64,000 nucleotides of DNA, from the NCBI GenBank assembly GCA_951406725.2, contig OX597820.1, forward strand, positions 105,648,001 to 105,712,000. Direction: 5' to 3'. This document shows positions 39,220 through 54,159 of this stretch, piece by piece. Source of the DNA: Octopus vulgaris (taxonomy: Eukaryota). Position numbers and translations under genes: made by a program. Position 1 is the stretch's first letter; each line of letters starts with the position of its first letter. The notes beneath the pieces were generated by a model that did no database searches, was not told where the DNA came from, and was given only the letters and a program-made list of their open reading frames with translations.

Positions 39220-39986
39220 AGACCTACTCTACTCACAGTTTTGAACTGCTATCACAAGCTGCTCTAATGCGACAACGGCAATCTCAAGTAAGTCTCTGAT
39301 TCATTATGTTTGATATTTACTACATCAAACAATTATTCTTCGTCTATTCTACTTCAATATCTAAACATTTATATGCATATTGCTGCAATTAATTTAGACA
39401 TTGCATCAATAGGCATTTTTTCAACATCTCCAAATAACTAAATATTGGCAATGCGGTGTTTTCAATTAAATTTGATTACACTTTGAATGCCCATAACTCC
39501 GATAATTCTACATTTTTCCAGTTAAACTTTTTCGAAGACAGTATAAAAAATTTATCATTTTTGATTCCAGAATATATTTAATAAGCGTGTCCCAATCCTG
39601 CTTTTTCTCATGGGTAGCTCTATGTCGGATGCTCTAGAGTTGGAAATCTGAACAATTTATTCATCTATGCACCCAACAGCAAAACTAAAAACATTGTGTA
39701 TCATGAAGTCCTGCAAGACTGAAATTTTGGAACAAAGATGCCTCTCCCTCTGACAACCTCTCTCGCCAACCTCTGAAAACCTCTCTCGACAACCTACAAC
39801 AATCTTTCTCGCCAACCTCCAAAAACCTCTTTCGCCAACCTCCGACAATTTCTCCCAGCTGACAGTTTATTGTACTTTTTCGCGATGGAACATACACCTT
39901 TTGTGGCAGTTATAATGAAATCAGAGTAATAAGGTGTTTAAATAGAACATCTTTACCCCCAGGAATTACCAGGTACACCAGCTAGT
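39220..39986 (+). mobile_element. Deleted Helitron retaining the helicase C-terminus
   Basis: FSHG*LYVGCSRVG...KTKNIVYHEVL (39600-39720), a ~22-bp minisatellite at 39750-39850, and 3' GCTAG|T. Confidence 0.75.
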
Positions 39987-40011
39987 ACATACATACATAC
40001 ATATATACATA

Positions 40012-40061
<50 letters not shown>

Positions 40062-40810
40062 CACATACATAGATATATAGATTTCACATAATACCCACAT
40101 ACATACGTACACAAACACACATATATACATGCGTGTGTGTCAGCCAACTGAAAGCTGCTGTAACAGGTTGCAATAGCAAATAAGTAGAAAACAACTAAGG
40201 TTTCAGGCGTTAAGCAACTAAAAAATTTGAACCATTTGATATTTATTCTTTCTGTCACAGAGATAAGATTTTCAAGTGCCATTAAGTAATTGTAAAGATG
40301 AGCTCATTGTAGACCAAAACAGTTATAGGGGGAATCCAAACTCTAACTGCTAGATACTCAGTTAAGCACCACAAATGAGCCACCACAGTTTCATGTGATT
40401 GATCTATAAATCGGCCAATCAGCATGAAGCTGTGGCACAATATGGCTTAGTCAGATGTTCTAAAATTTAACCCCTTGTCACTCCCATAAAAACATATTGG
40501 CGTCTAACTCATAGCAAAGTGTTGAAAGTGGTTGACTGATTCACATGCCTCACTTCTTGCCAGGTAGATGACCAATATTCAAGTAGGCAGCTTTGGACTG
40601 TATGCAGATAATCTTGGGTTCCTGGAGAGGCCGATTCTGAACATTCGCATGATGTCCCATAAGTATCTACCACAGACAGGGTGTGCTTTTTCTTTCCTCC
40701 CATTCAGTAATTATATTATCAACATTTTTCTTTGTAAATAATCAATACTGAACAACAAAAATTATTCTATGTTCTCTTGAAAATTTATGATTCATATGAC
40801 ATCAACAATA

Positions 40811-41250
40811 CAGAGTGTTCAGACTAAATTTGATGATTTTTTTATGTATCTATTTTCAATGGATAGTTTGATGTATTGGTGAACAGTCAGCAGTGCTGGA
40901 GAACATAAATATTAAAGCTGTAGTAGACAATAAGTTATCTGACAATGTGGGCTGGAAGCCATCTGAATATTGGCAAAGATTTACCTGTATCCTGATGATT
41001 TGTACTGAGTGTCAAAATACTGATAACATGACTGATGCTCAATGCTCTGTGAGCACTGTAAAAACTGTAAGGCATGACATGGACATCATGAAAACCAAGT
41101 TCCACCAATCTGTGATGGTCTTTCAATGAGTTTCCAGTGAACTGAATCTAAGACCCTTTAAACAGGGCCTTAGGTTCAAATCAGTCTGCTATGTGAAGCT
41201 TTTGGAGACTGTAGTCAAAACCTGGATGGAAAGAGTAGCTACTGGAACTG
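40811..41250 (+). mobile_element. maT/DD37D-like transposon fragment
   Basis: TA|CAGAGTGTTC end. MKTKFHQSVMVF and YVKLLETVVKTW remnants. Confidence 0.55.
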
Positions 41251-42175
41251 ATCTCTGATCCCAGCACGGTCAGGGAAAGTTGATAAAAAAATAAAAATTC
41301 CACCCTTTAAAAATGCGACGGGCACTGGTGTTAGCAGTTCAGTTGGCAAGAGGAGTTCAGTTGGCAAGAGGGGTTGAGTTGGCAAGAGGCAGTAGTTGGG
41401 AGAGATGGTCAGTTGATGCAGACAGCCAGCCAGGAGATGATAACGGCGAAGTGAGGAAGACAGGCAGTGAATGTGAGAATTGACGAGCGGGAGGAAGTAA
41501 GGAAGATGGCAGTGAAGGGGGCAGAGAAAGACATTTTGAATTCGGACTGATATAGTGGGGTTTTGTGATGAGTATTGCGGAGAGGAATATGTGCCGGTAA
41601 TGTTTATTTACATTTTGATTTGTGTTTTGAACTTTGATGTTTTAAATGTAAAAAAAAGGGGACTCTGTGACGTAATCTGTTAAAAAGAAAAGGGAAAAAC
41701 AGAGAACTGTAAGATGTGTTTTTAAAAGAAAAAGAACATTGTGTTAGAAGTAGGAGAAAAGAAAAGAGAAAGAGACTGCAAAAAGAAGGAAAAGAAAGAG
41801 AAAGACTATTTGTTTTGAAGGATCGAACTCTGAATGTCAACTGATTGTTGTTGGACGTTGTATTTTGCTAAATGCCATTGATTGTTTTTTTTAAACTCAG
41901 TGTACGATCAGTTAAATGTTTGTTAACCTTGTAGTTAAATGCTTTTGTTGTGAAATGTTTTGATTGATTTTGTGAAGTTATAAAGTGTTAAACCACGCAA
42001 CTGCCCCCGCTGTCTCTCTTTGTTGTTGTTGTGTCGGTTTCTGGCATGCGTTTGCTGCCCACCCCCGCTTTCCGTGGTGAACTTCCGTTTGACTGAGCGC
42101 TGAGCGTCTTAGCCCGTTATCGACCCGGAAGGCCTAGGGTCATAAGGTCCTGAGTTGAGTGTGCATGGCGTAACA
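41250..42175. mobile_element. Candidate LTR-like repeat
   Basis: Non-coding and CpG-containing, with short tandem CAGTTGGCAAGAGG units, ending GCGTAACA. It truncates the maT fragment. Confidence 0.35.
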
Positions 42176-44950
42176 ATATATATAATTGTTGTATTTCCTG
42201 TCTGCCTTTGCATCATCTATCTGTCCAGATGTTTTATTGTCCTCTATTGCATTTTTGTTCCATTATATATATATATATATATATATCAGAGGCAACTCTG
42301 AGTCATAAGTCTCACTCAGGCTCATCACAGATTTTGCATAAGACACACACCTGCTTGAAGAATTTCACATTTTCCTGCTTTATTTCTAGCCCCAAATGAC
42401 TTATTTTTTATATCTAGCATACTATGTCTTTCTCTATTTCTAAGTTAAGAGTAAATATAAAACAACCCTGCAAAACACTACTGATCTTTACACACAGACA
42501 AACAGAATAACAGCAAATAATGATGACAGCAGGGTGCATAACAAACATCAGTGATCTGACTATTGCCAGTACTCTTGACAAGAGATGCCAGTTAGTCTTT
42601 TACACCTACCAGGCTTGTTCGTATTAACCCAAGTTGCTGGATAATTTTTCATTCCTTTAAGAATATTGTAGAATGGAAACTTTTCACAGATTGGAATTTA
42701 AATCCTAATCTCTATAGAAATTTATTGTTTCAAGAAAACATCGAATATGAATTACTCTTAATTTTTACAATTATAGATAACAACTCAGGCTGTAACTTCT
42801 GAGCCTGAGTCAGGTATATGGGAACAATGTCAAGAGAATGTCTGCTACGAATGATATTTTTTGATACATGACACCTCTTAGACGACCGCCAGATTCTGAA
42901 CAAAAATAAATGAACTGCAACCAGTCCCAATAAATTATTGGCTGCAATTACATACTTGGCCGTTGCCAGCCTCACCTGGCACCTGTGCCGGTGGCACGTA
43001 AAAAGCACCCACTACACTCATGGAGTGGTTGGCGTTAGGAAAGGCATCCAGCTGTAGAAACACTGCCAGATCAGACTGGAGCCTGACGCAGCCTCTTGGC
43101 TTCCCAGACCCTAGTTGAACCATCCAACCCATGCTAGCATGGAAAACGGGCATTAAACAATGATGATGATGATGATGAAGTCAGTGTTGGCAGAAATTAA
43201 ATCAGCTTGCAAATACATGTTCACTTTACTAAATTTATACTTGGGCTAAACCCAAACAGCCCGAGTCACCACAGATGTGTGTGTGGTGTGTGCGCGCATA
43301 CACACGCATGTGCACACACATGCACGTGCACACACACATATAAATATATTTAATTAAAATCAATTATAATTCAGTATTCATCACAAATGTTTAACAAATG
43401 GGAATGAGTACAATTTCCTGAAGATTTTGCAACTTTAATAAAAACTTATCACACTATCTTGTTTTACATTTATATGCTTACTTGTGTGTGTGTGTGTTAT
43501 CCTAAATGTTACAACCATACCTCATTGTTCAAGTACTTCATTTCTGTGTGTATACATTTATTTACTCATTTACTGACATTTACCAATATTTTCCCCTTTG
43601 TTTTGATGTGCCATTTTCTATCATCTGTTGGCACTTTTGATGACATGGGTATACTAGTATATCTATATCATACATATAATAATACACAATGTGTTTCACA
43701 TCAGTCATGCTGGTAGACGGAGACTAAAAAACAAATGGAATAGGAGTAAATGCCAGTCAGAGATGCTAAATACAGGTGAAATGTAGTGTGAGGTTTTACC
43801 AATCTTCCAGGTAATCATGCCTAGGCATACATATATATTACATGGATGGTAATATTTTCAACCATTTATCAATGGTTTTTCCCACTGAATTGATGTATCA
43901 TTTTCTGTCATTAATAAAAGTGTCTGCATTTTTGATGATAAAGGTATTGCTAGTACATTTGTATATATACATGCATGCGTGGGCGCATGCATAAATACAC
44001 ACACATACACACATACACAAACATGTATAGGCACGGGCCTGGCTGTATGATAAGAATTTATATATATAGGTTGTCTTATCCGTTTGAGTCATGTTCATTT
44101 GTTTACTTGAGGATAGGTATTGTAAGAAGTCAAAAGCCAGGAGTTTTCCTTTATAGAATACATCCTGATTGTATTCTGCTTGCAGAGACAAATATAGTTG
44201 TAACCAAACTAACTTACTCTTTCCCTAACAACAATTAACTCTTTGCAATTGGAAGGATATTACACAAAGTCTTGGTAATTTCTCTTTCGTATCATTAATC
44301 TCTTATTACATACCTTGCAACTGAGACATTTCCCTGAAAATCACATATGAGTCAGAGAGTTTTTGTTTAAATTGATTATTAGGAAACATTTTATGACAAC
44401 TACCATAAGTCAATAAAAGAATTAATGTGAGAGCCTTTACATAGTCACTTGAAATATTAGAAATAGCCATCAAATCTCCCTCAAATTACACTCTGCCATC
44501 TAAAAAAACGATGGACACATTAGCTGAAATAGTTTTAGTTGAATAGTGAATTGTGTAAAGCCTAATGGTTAGGAGCATTTGGCTCATGCTCATATTGTCA
44601 TGGGTTCAATTCTTGGATGAGGCAGCTTGTATTGCCGAGCAAAGCTCTTCACTTCATGTTGCCCTCATCAAATCTGCTGAAAATGAGTATCAACTAGGGG
44701 ACTGGCACAGCTCTATACTGTTGGGTCAAAATGTCTGCATATGCCTATGTAGGCACCTAAAGCAATTAATAAAAGAGATGGTACATGTCACCAAGCCATA
44801 CTTATTCAGAGATGAATACAGCTGGATTTTAATGCCTGAATAAAGACAGGATGAGTATAGCTGAATATCTTTGATCAGTGATATGCTTGATCAGATCTGA
44901 CCAGCATGTCAGTATATTATTTTTTTACCCATATCTTTAAAATATGTTGA

Positions 44951-45006
<56 letters not shown>

Positions 45007-45039
45007 GAATATATATATATACACATATACATGCAGAAT

Positions 45040-47381
45040 TCAAAAATAATGTCAAATTATCTGTGTCACCCACAGTTTCTCTATTCCACAAGATCCCTTT
45101 CAGGTCCTGTTACATGGGCTAAATTTCTGTTAAGTTGTTGAAATGTGAAGCTAACAGTTTAAGAAATATTCCTAATTTAAATGTTTATGAATAAAATTAA
45201 CCTAATGAAATCATTAATCTAGCTATTTGTGTCAATGAGTCACCAAAGCTTGGCAACACTGAGTCAATGAGTCACCAATGCTTTGTCAGTACTGTGCTTG
45301 AAGTGTAGGTGTGTGGTTGTGTACTAAGTTCACATATTCCATTCACCTTCACAATGCCAAGAAACTGTATAAACATCGCAAACAACTTTTGCTATATTTG
45401 CAGTGACTTAACATTCAAGTCATTAATATGGCGTTTTACGCCATTGATTAAAGGTGCTATGAGTATTGTTTTGACTACAAAGTGGGTGACCAGGATAAAA
45501 GCTGGGCCCTCATGAGTGTTGTGTAACCTGTGTCAGGTTTCTCACTGTATGGGCCAAAGGTTCATGCCATATGCCTTTTGCCATCCCTATGATTTGGAGA
45601 GAGCCCAAAGATCACACTTCGGAATGCTACTTCTGCATGATGGATATACAAGGTGTAACATCAAAAGCCAAACATGCTGTAAAATATCCTAATTTACAAT
45701 ATACTATGAGACCTGTACTTACAGTCAACACTTATCTGTACCTGACCCTCCAAAACAAATAACGGTGACAATGAGTCAAGTGATGAAAATGTGGAGAAAG
45801 AATCAGAAGACATGAAGTTTAAGTCTAGTTGTTCTTCAAGTGAACCACATTTGTTGATTGAGGGAGATCTGTATGATCTTGTGCAGGATTTAAACTTGTT
45901 GAAAAAGCAAGCTGAACTTCTTGGTTCCAGGTTAAAGGGCTGGAATCTTCAAAAAGAGATGAAAGTTAGTTTTTATTGTGCTTGGCACTGTGATTTTGCA
46001 AATTTTTTCTCACTTGAGGATGGTGTGGTGTTTTGTAATGATGTATATTCTGTTATGGAGGAACTTAACCACAAATATAGCACAAATGAGAGGCATTTGT
46101 TTATTGATTCCTCAAAAGTAAGCTTGAAAGCAGTTTTATTCCACAATGGAAATAAGTTTCCCTCTGTTCCTCTGGCTCATACAGCTAACATGAAGGAAAC
46201 ATATAAGATTATGAAGCTTCTGTTGCAAAAAATGAGGTATGAGGGACATAAATGGAATATTTGTGGTGACCTAAAGGTCGTGGCACTTTTGCTTAGAATG
46301 CAGCTGGGTTACACCAAATTTTGTTGCTTTCTTTGTGAGAGGGACAGTCAGGATAAGAAAAATCATTATGAAAAGAATGTGAGGCTGAAACCATCTCTGA
46401 CTCCTGGATAGAAGAATGTTATCAATCTGCCCCTTGTTGATTCGAGAAAATTTATCTGCCTTCCTTGTACATTTAGCTAGGGTTGATGAATAATTTCATC
46501 AATGGTCCGGATAGAACTGGCAAGGGATTCAAGTATTTGAAAACTAAATTTCCAAGAGTAAGTGACACAAAAATCAAGGTATTTTTGTTGAGCCACAGAT
46601 TAGGAAGCTGATGAAAAACCAAATGCCTGATGAAGAGCTCAATGATGTTGAAAAAGCTGCGTGGCTGTCATTTAAGAAAGTTTGCAGGTAGTTTTAGGGG
46701 AATCACAGCGCAGAGAACTATTCTGATATTGTGAAAGAACTACTGACATCATACAAGATGCACTATGAGCCTAAAAATCCACATCTTGAACTCTCACCTG
46801 GACTTTTTTCCTGCAAATCTTGGGGCTGTCAGGGATGAGCATAGTGAGAGATTTAACCAGGACATTTTGAACATGGAAACCTGGTACCAAGGAAAGTGGA
46901 GCTCTTCTTTGTTGGCTGATTATTGTTGGTCACTAAAAAGGGACATTCCAGAAGCTAAATACAGTCGAAAATCATAAACTTCTACATTTTAAAGGTAAGT
47001 TTCCTTGTAATATCAAACCGATTTTTAAAGTCATGAAATACAATTGTTTAACAATTTACATATGCTATCACAGAAAAACTATGACTTATAGAAAAAATCT
47101 GAAAACACTCTTGAATTCTGCAGATAAACTGCTATTACGTTCACCTACTTTTGCTTGTGAGACAGAATTTTTCATTAATTCTGTTGACCAATTATAATTG
47201 CCAGCCTTATTTCTACATTAATATAGTACATTTATTGTATAATTTTATTACTCTGTCACATAAAAACCATGCCTGATAGAAAAATTCTAAAGATAGATTC
47301 GAAATCTGCATTAAAAGTACTATAAAGTTCACTTTCTTTAGTTCATGGGACAGCGAGAAGTTTGAATTTTATTGACCAGTG
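45040..47381 (+). mobile_element. Near-complete decayed Chapaev3-like transposon
   Basis: Transposase remnants NNFCYIC, IWREPKDHTSECYFC, LFIDSSKVSLKAV, ICGDLKVV and DEHSERFNQD (45354-46977). 3' end GACCAGTG|TAA. Duplicated subterminal block at 47070-47190 / 47255-47381. Confidence 0.85.
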
Positions 47382-47931
47382 TAATTGATGAGGAAAATGA
47401 AGAATAGATTTGGTATGAATATTTATTCAACATGATGATTGTTTCAACCCATCCTGCAGCTGTCCCATAGAGGTAGGATATTACACATCTAGTAGTGTTG
47501 TATCAATCAGTGCAGTCTGTATCTCCTCAAGTGTTGGTATAAAAGACATCCTACTACATATACTGAGTTCCTCCAAGTATGTTGTACTCTCTCGTAGTAT
47601 GTCAGTACACTGAGAGTAGAAGAATTCTGGGGTTATAACCTGCAGATGGGTCAGGCTATGTATAACATAAATTGAATTAGAATCATAAAGGATGGAAAAT
47701 AAAACCTGTCAAATGATAAGACTTGAAAGTTAAAATGATAAAGGATGTGTAAATATTTGTTGACATGAACACATATAGATGTATACACACTCACATACAC
47801 ACTTGCTCATGCCATCAATAGGAAGTCATTTAATGTGGTCATTAACAACCAGGATTGTTGCATTGAATAAAGATTTGTAACAAATTGATGGTGTCCCCCA
47901 TCAATTATAAATATATTGCAATATATATATA

Positions 47932-48180
47932 TTGTTGTGTTTCAGGATGGTCATTTGTTTCCTTTCTTTTTTCTTGCCAAATAAACACATGCACTATATA
48001 TTTGTTCTTCACTTGTTTATTACTGTTTTTATTCTAACTACTGTCCATTGTCCAGAAATCTTTCGTCACACATCTGCGACCTCTTCAGCGACACTTTCCA
48101 TTCTCATATGTGCTCCTGTTCTGCTTAGTCCATTGGTTATGAGTTAGAATAAGAACAATAATAAATGAGTGAAGAATGAA
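47932..48180 (-). mobile_element. Penelope-type pLTR fragment with hammerhead core
   Basis: Minus strand CTGAAGA-G-GTCGCA-GATG-TGTGAC-GAAA at 48061-48088. (TA)n on both sides. Confidence 0.6.
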
Positions 48181-48300
48181 TATATATATATATATATATA
48201 TTTTAAAAAATGACTATCCCAAAATACAACAACATCTGTTCCAACACATGGTTTCACATCAGGAATCTTGCAGCACAGATTCATAAATGTATATATAGCG

Positions 48301-48985
48301 TACTGTGCAAAAGTCTTTGGCCACTTTAAACTATTGTAAATTTCTAACAATTGCCAACTTATAAGTAGATGTTTTGCATTGTGTTTTTTACAGATGAAAC
48401 ATTGGCCCTGTTGGAGTCATTTCTATACCTAATCCTTATATTTTGTAGTAGGGGTTCTGAATGAGAGAAGATGCGAAGCGGCCACTAAAAATGGTCATGT
48501 GAAAGTTTTTAGCCACCTCACATAAACCAATCATTTCAGAAATTTACTGTACATTGTTAATGTCTTGTGTGACTTCCCTTAACTTGAATAATTGCTTCAA
48601 TGTACCTGGGAAGAAATGTGTACAAATTCTTCACCATCTTCACAGGTATGAAATGCCAATCTCTGTGGCTGAGCTCCCACTACTCTTCAAGACTGTGTGG
48701 ATTCTGACGAATTCTTCTCTTTAGTTCTGTCCCCATTTGTTCAATGATATTTAAATCAGGGCTCTGAGCTGGTCAATCTTTCTATATGGTAACAGCTTCA
48801 TCAACCAGACTCTGTTGTGTTGCACACGGTCTGTTGCATGGAACTCTATCGTGCTGAAAAATCTCACCTGTATTCAAGTCCAGTATCAAATTGTTCTTCA
48901 GCAACTGGATGTATTTGGAACTATTCAAGTTACTGTAAATCTTAACCAACATTTTTGAACCATCACTTTTTATATATTCCCAAAC
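48301..48985 (-). mobile_element. Tc1-like transposon 3' fragment
   Basis: End TACTGTGCAAAAGTC. IFQHDRVPC and PAQSPDLNIIE motifs. Confidence 0.75.
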
Positions 48986-50179
48986 ATCAGACACTTACCC
49001 TCAAACTTCACTGTTTTCATTGTGTAATGTGGGTCATTTTACTTTCTAACAAGCGAGAATTTGTCAGAAGGCTTCCAGAAAAGGTATCCTTGTTTCTCTT
49101 CTACAGCAAGACTCTGATCTCTATCCCTTTATTATACTTTTAACCTCTTGTTAACTAGTACAAAGCCACCTCCCTCATTGCTACTCTCCCTCCCAGTCAA
49201 GGGGTCTTTGTCTTGCAAGTTATTTGGTGACCCTGCTGGTGCTGGTGCTATGCAAAAAATCACGCAGTACACTCTGTAAAATAATTGGTGTTAGGAAGGG
49301 CATCCAGTCATAGAAATTATGCCATAGCAGACAATAGAGTTTGGTGCAGTCCTCTGGTTTGCCACCTCTTGTCAAACCGTCCAGCCCATATCAGCATGGA
49401 CAACAGACATTAAATGATGAAGATGATGATGGTGAGGTGATGGTGGTGGTGGTTGTGGTGATGATGATGATGATGATGATGATTACAATACAAATCTACT
49501 CACAATGCCTTGGTCAACCCAAGGCTATAGCAGAAGACACTTGAGTGGGGAATGAAAGGCAACACACTATTCTATGGTTCCTGAATTTGAGATGGAAGCA
49601 ATGAGAAGAGAACACTGAATGAATGCATTCTGTATTAGTCAAAGGAGGAGGAGGAGAGACATGGCTTATGTTCTTTATGGGCCTTCCTGGTCTGGTGGAG
49701 TTGATACAGCTGATATACAACCTAAACATTTATATGTAGTGAAAATATTGGATTGGAGGGTCTGGTATGAATGAATACCTACTATAAAGTGAATTCTACT
49801 AAAGACATGCAATGACTAGGGAGTGGTGTTAAACTTGCTTCTCAGTGTAAATTGTGCAGTGTCTCTTGTAAATGTCACCTTGTATCTAAATGACAACTTA
49901 TATTCTGGTATAATGGAGTTTGTGACTTTGAATTCCTCTTCTCTGATGTAAACCACAACCTAGTCTCTTTTCATTTTTTTAAAGTGTAATGAAACTTATC
50001 CTCAGCTCCCATGTAAAGATGAGATGCCATACAAAGATAAAAGGTTTCACTGGTGACACCTTTGGTTCAATGATTAAAGAGTGTATAGGATCTACCAATA
50101 AATTTGAGGGTGTATACATACGTCCTGGGTACCTATAAATAGCTTTACCATTATGCATATCGTTTATATTTTCTTTTAT

Positions 50180-50540
50180 TTTTTTCTGTCATTAGACTGC
50201 GGCCATGCTGGAGCACTGCCTTGAAGAATTTTTATTTCAATGAATTGAACCTAGCACTTAATTTTGTTAAGCCTGGTACTTATTCTATTCATCTCTTTTG
50301 CCAAACTGCTAAGTTACGGGGACATAAACACACCAATACCAGTCAAGCAGTGGTGGGGGAACAGATTCAAGCACAAAGACACACATGATCACATACACAT
50401 GTATACGATGGGCTTCTTTCAGTTACTGTCTACCACATCCACTCACAAGGTTTTGGTCAGCCTGAGGCTATAGTAGAAGACACTTGCCCAAGGTACTGTG
50501 CAGTGGGACTGAACCTGGCATCATGTGGTTGGGAAGCAAC
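50180..50540 (-). mobile_element. Family B SINE
   Basis: Reverse complement of the family B body. Confidence 0.8.
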
Positions 50541-50788
50541 TCATTAATTCATATGCTACAAATGATCACAATATGTGGAACAATAAAAATTTGTAAGGCC
50601 TTATGATTTAGAAGATGATGAGTCAATCAAGATGCTTTCCTTCACAATCTACTAAAGAGGTAGCTGGTCATAATTAACACTAAATTAAAAATAGAAAAAC
50701 AACATACCTATGTACCTATCTATCTACCTACCTACCTACCTACCTACCTACCTACCTACATACATACATACATACATATGTATGTACA

Positions 50789-50819
<31 letters not shown>

Positions 50820-51014
50820 GTATGTACATACATACATACATACATATGTATGTACATACGTAAATACATATGTATGTACATACATATATGCAGGTATGCA
50901 TACATATATACATACATACATACATACAAACATACAAACATACATACATGCATGCATACGTACATACATACATACATACATACATACATACATACATACA
51001 TACATACATACATA

Positions 51015-51883
<869 letters not shown>

Positions 51884-52177
51884 AATACATTCTTAAAAAA
51901 TTTGTAAAACATTCTTCCAAGGATTCTCCATTTGAGATTCGTGGACTAAACACAGATACACAATCACATGTACATATGGAACACACACACACACACACAC
52001 ACACACAGCAATAAATTTTACACACTTGTATACTAAAATGAAATGCAAGTTTAGCATACACCAACCAAATGAGATATCCATAGACCCTAAAACTTAAACA
52101 GACCCTGGCACTTTGTCAGTGACTGTCTTCAATTCTGCAAATGAAAAGAAACTATATATAATTTTTAAAAAAATGTA

Positions 52178-53460
52178 TTGGGTTGTCTGGAAAGTTTGTA
52201 CCGACTTATAGTAGCTTACCTTTCGACTTATTTTAGAACATGGTTGAGTCCATAAAATAGGATTTGACTATACCTCCATTTAGAGCACAGTTTAAGCTAT
52301 CTTTATGTGGAAGAAGGTTTATGTTCCTATAACCTGTGTTAATTCTGTAACCCTTTAAAATGGAAGATAAAATAGTTCATTTTTGGCACCTGATGCTTTT
52401 CTTTTTCCATAAAGGGAAAAATGCCTCACAAGCAACCAAAGAAATATGCGCAGTTTACGGTGATGTTTCTTTATCTGAAGGAACTGTATGGAAGTGGTTC
52501 GCAAGGCTCTGAGCTGGAGATTGAAGCCTTATTGATAAAGAGCGATCAGGCAGACCATCCACTACAGATGATGACTAAATCAAGTCATTAATTGAGAATA
52601 ACCCACATTGCACAACCCGAGAATTGGCAGAAAGCCTCAACCTATCAAAATCCATCGTTCATGAGCACCCGGTAAAGCTTGGGTATACAAATCACTATGA
52701 TGTTTGGGTACCACATGAGTTGAGTGAGAAGAACCTTTTGGATTGCATTTCCATCTGTGATTTGCTTTATAAATGGAATGAAAATGCGTCTTTTTTAAAG
52801 CAAATTGTGACAGGTGATGAGAAGTGGATTATCTACCAAAATGTTCAGAGAAAGCAATGCTGGAGTAAGCGATATGAGCCACCTTTAGCCACCCCAAAAC
52901 GGGTCTTCACCCTAAAAAAGTGTTGTTTTGTGTCTGGTGGGATTGGAAAGGAATTCTGTACTATGAGCTTCTCCCAAGTAACCAGATAATTAATTCTGAG
53001 AAATACTGTACACAACTGGACGAATTAAAAGCAGCAATTCAAGAGAAGCATCCAGAATTGGCCAACAGGAAGGATGTTGTTTTCCAACATGATAATGCAA
53101 GACTGCACGTTTCTTTGGGAACCAGGCAAAAATTGTTGCAGCTCGGCTGGAATGTGTTACTCCACCCTCCATATTCACCAGATATTGCTCCTTTGGATTT
53201 CCCCTTATTCAGGTCTCTGCAGAATAGCCTTAATGGTAAAAATTTCAATTCCTTGGATGATGTAAAAAGATACCTTGATGAATTCTTTGCCATGAAACTA
53301 CCTCAATTCTGGGAAGTGGGTATTTTCAAGTTAAAGGTAAGATGGAGATGCATTGTTCAACAAAATGGTTCATATTTAGTTGATTAAAAATGTAATGGCA
53401 AGTATTTATTGACCTTTTTCTTTCCTTTAAAAATTGGCATGAACTTTCTGGACAACCCAA
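52178..53460 (+). mobile_element. Full-length decayed mariner (DD34D)
   Basis: TA|TTGGGTTGTCTGGAAAGTT...AACTTTCTGGACAACCCAA|TA. WVPHEL, TGDEKW, HDNAR and YSPDIAPLD motifs, with stops and a frameshift. Confidence 0.95.
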
Positions 53461-54053
53461 TAGAAGCACATATATACATACATACATACATATGTACACC
53501 CCCCCCCCTCCACACATATCTACATACATATAGACATATATATATGCGCATATGTATAATAACCATTTTTGGACTGTCTTGTATATGAATTCTTTTATTC
53601 AAAACACACACACACACATTCATACAAAAATATATAGCATATACATACAAATGAAAATGAAATTTTGAACTCTTTTTCCTGAAATAACAGATGTGACACA
53701 GAATTACTTTTACAAACCTTAAGTTTTGTGCTATTAAACTGGATATGGCTCTTTGGGCTGAAACTTATCTAGTTCTGGTGAGGATTGATTAATTTATTAA
53801 CTTCAGAGGTGTGAGTAAAACGGAAGGGGCATATATTTATATAGCCATTATGATTTATTATACTATTAACTAATACCTAATGTACGGTTGTGATGCCTTT
53901 TCAGGGTTAGTTAGGCCAGGCCACACCTGGACTGACCATGTTTACAGCTGTGATTTGAATATACACCAACGTATGGAAACAGATAAACACACAGAGATAC
54001 ATATATTGAAGTATATTCAAAAGGACAGAGAGTAAAGAAAAAAAAAGTCTTAC

Positions 54054-54159
54054 CTTGTTTTGTAGAGTCCGTTTCTACATGCTGCGTCTTCATTAGAATC
54101 ATTAACAAAGCTAGATGCATACATACAGTTGCCAATTTCCCAAAAGTAATGAACTCCAT
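54054..54159 (-). CDS. Putative first coding exon encoding a signal peptide
   Basis: AAACAAATGG start context, MEFITFGKLATVCMHLALLMILMKTQHVETDSTKQ, and a strong phase-1 donor AG|GTAAGA, in unique sequence. Linkage to the mucin exon is inferred. Confidence 0.55.
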
